Shown here piece by piece: positions 63,572 to 64,000 of a stretch of DNA of 64,000 nucleotides. Below the pieces are notes generated by a model. That model was given only the letters and a program-made list of their open reading frames with translations, did not search any database and had not been told where the DNA came from. The stretch spans positions 248,001 to 312,000 of the IMG/VR virus record IMGVR_UViG_3300044712_000810, one strand, 5' to 3'. Position 1 is the stretch's first letter. Every line of letters begins with the position of its first letter. The translations under genes and the position numbers were made by a program.

Positions 63572-64000
63572 ATGAAAATAGCATATTCTGGAACTCATGG
63601 TACTGGGAAAACAACTAAAGTAAGTAAATTATTTAACGAAATTAAAATACAAGAACCTAAAAAAAGTGTCGGATTACTACTAGAAAATGCAAGTTTTAGC
63701 CCACTTCCAATAAATAAAGACACTTCCGAATTATCTCAGTTTTGGATTTTCACAAATCAAATGGCTGAAGAAATTCGTTTACATAATCATTATGACATAC
63801 TTGTAACTGACCGAAGCATCATGGATGCTATTGCATATAGTAAAACAATGGGTTATGATTCATGGAAAGGAATGTTTGAACATGCCAAATATTTCATGAA
63901 TACTTACAATAGAATATACTATGTAAGCATTGAAAATAACGATTATTGGCATAATGATGGTGTTCGAGATGCAGACGATTTAGAATATAGAAGAGATGTT
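63572..64000 (+). CDS. P-loop nucleotide kinase-like protein (AAA_28/NadR or dNMP kinase type), runs off the window
   Basis: IAYSGTHGTGKTT; VTDRSIMDAIAY. Confidence 0.75.
   Translation, partial: MKIAYSGTHGTGKTTKVSKLFNEIKIQEPKKSVGLLLENASFSPLPINKDTSELSQFWIFTNQMAEEIRLHNHYDILVTDRSIMDAIAYSKTMGYDSWKGMFEHAKYFMNTYNRIYYVSIENNDYWHNDGVRDADDLEYRRDV

Overview
64 kb segment of an AT-rich (roughly 30% GC by eye) jumbo myovirus-like phage genome, almost all on the + strand. Core genes include a split multi-subunit RNA polymerase (two beta halves and a beta-prime part carrying DFDGD), ATP-dependent DNA ligase, 5'-3' exonuclease, SF2 helicase, class II ribonucleotide reductase, T4 gp13-like neck and gp5/VgrG-like baseplate proteins. 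Accessory genes include a complete prokaryotic ubiquitin-like cassette (Ubl, E2, JAB, E1/ThiF; PRTRC-like), terD-terC-terB, QueE plus a TGT/DpdA-fold protein, Nampt plus Nmnat, two Pth2-like proteins, and HD, DHH, CYTH, NUDIX and vWA proteins. There are 27 canonical tRNA genes, including an amber suppressor and Ile(UAU). Most unusual signals: (i) about 20 small proteins, unrelated except within local paralog pairs/arrays, share a C-terminal helix with Lys exactly 7 residues from the end, in a genome that encodes a Ubl conjugation machinery; (ii) four non-canonical tRNA-like genes lacking the D-loop GG and T-loop TTC; (iii) a module of amber mini-ORF, Pth2, amber suppressor tRNA and a 265-nt RNA with a tRNA-like acceptor stem and T-arm; (iv) a recurrent promoter-like motif ATATAGAAAT (about 20 copies) that also drives several short structured non-coding units. 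All assignments come from motif recognition and hand base-pairing; no searches or folding programs were run.
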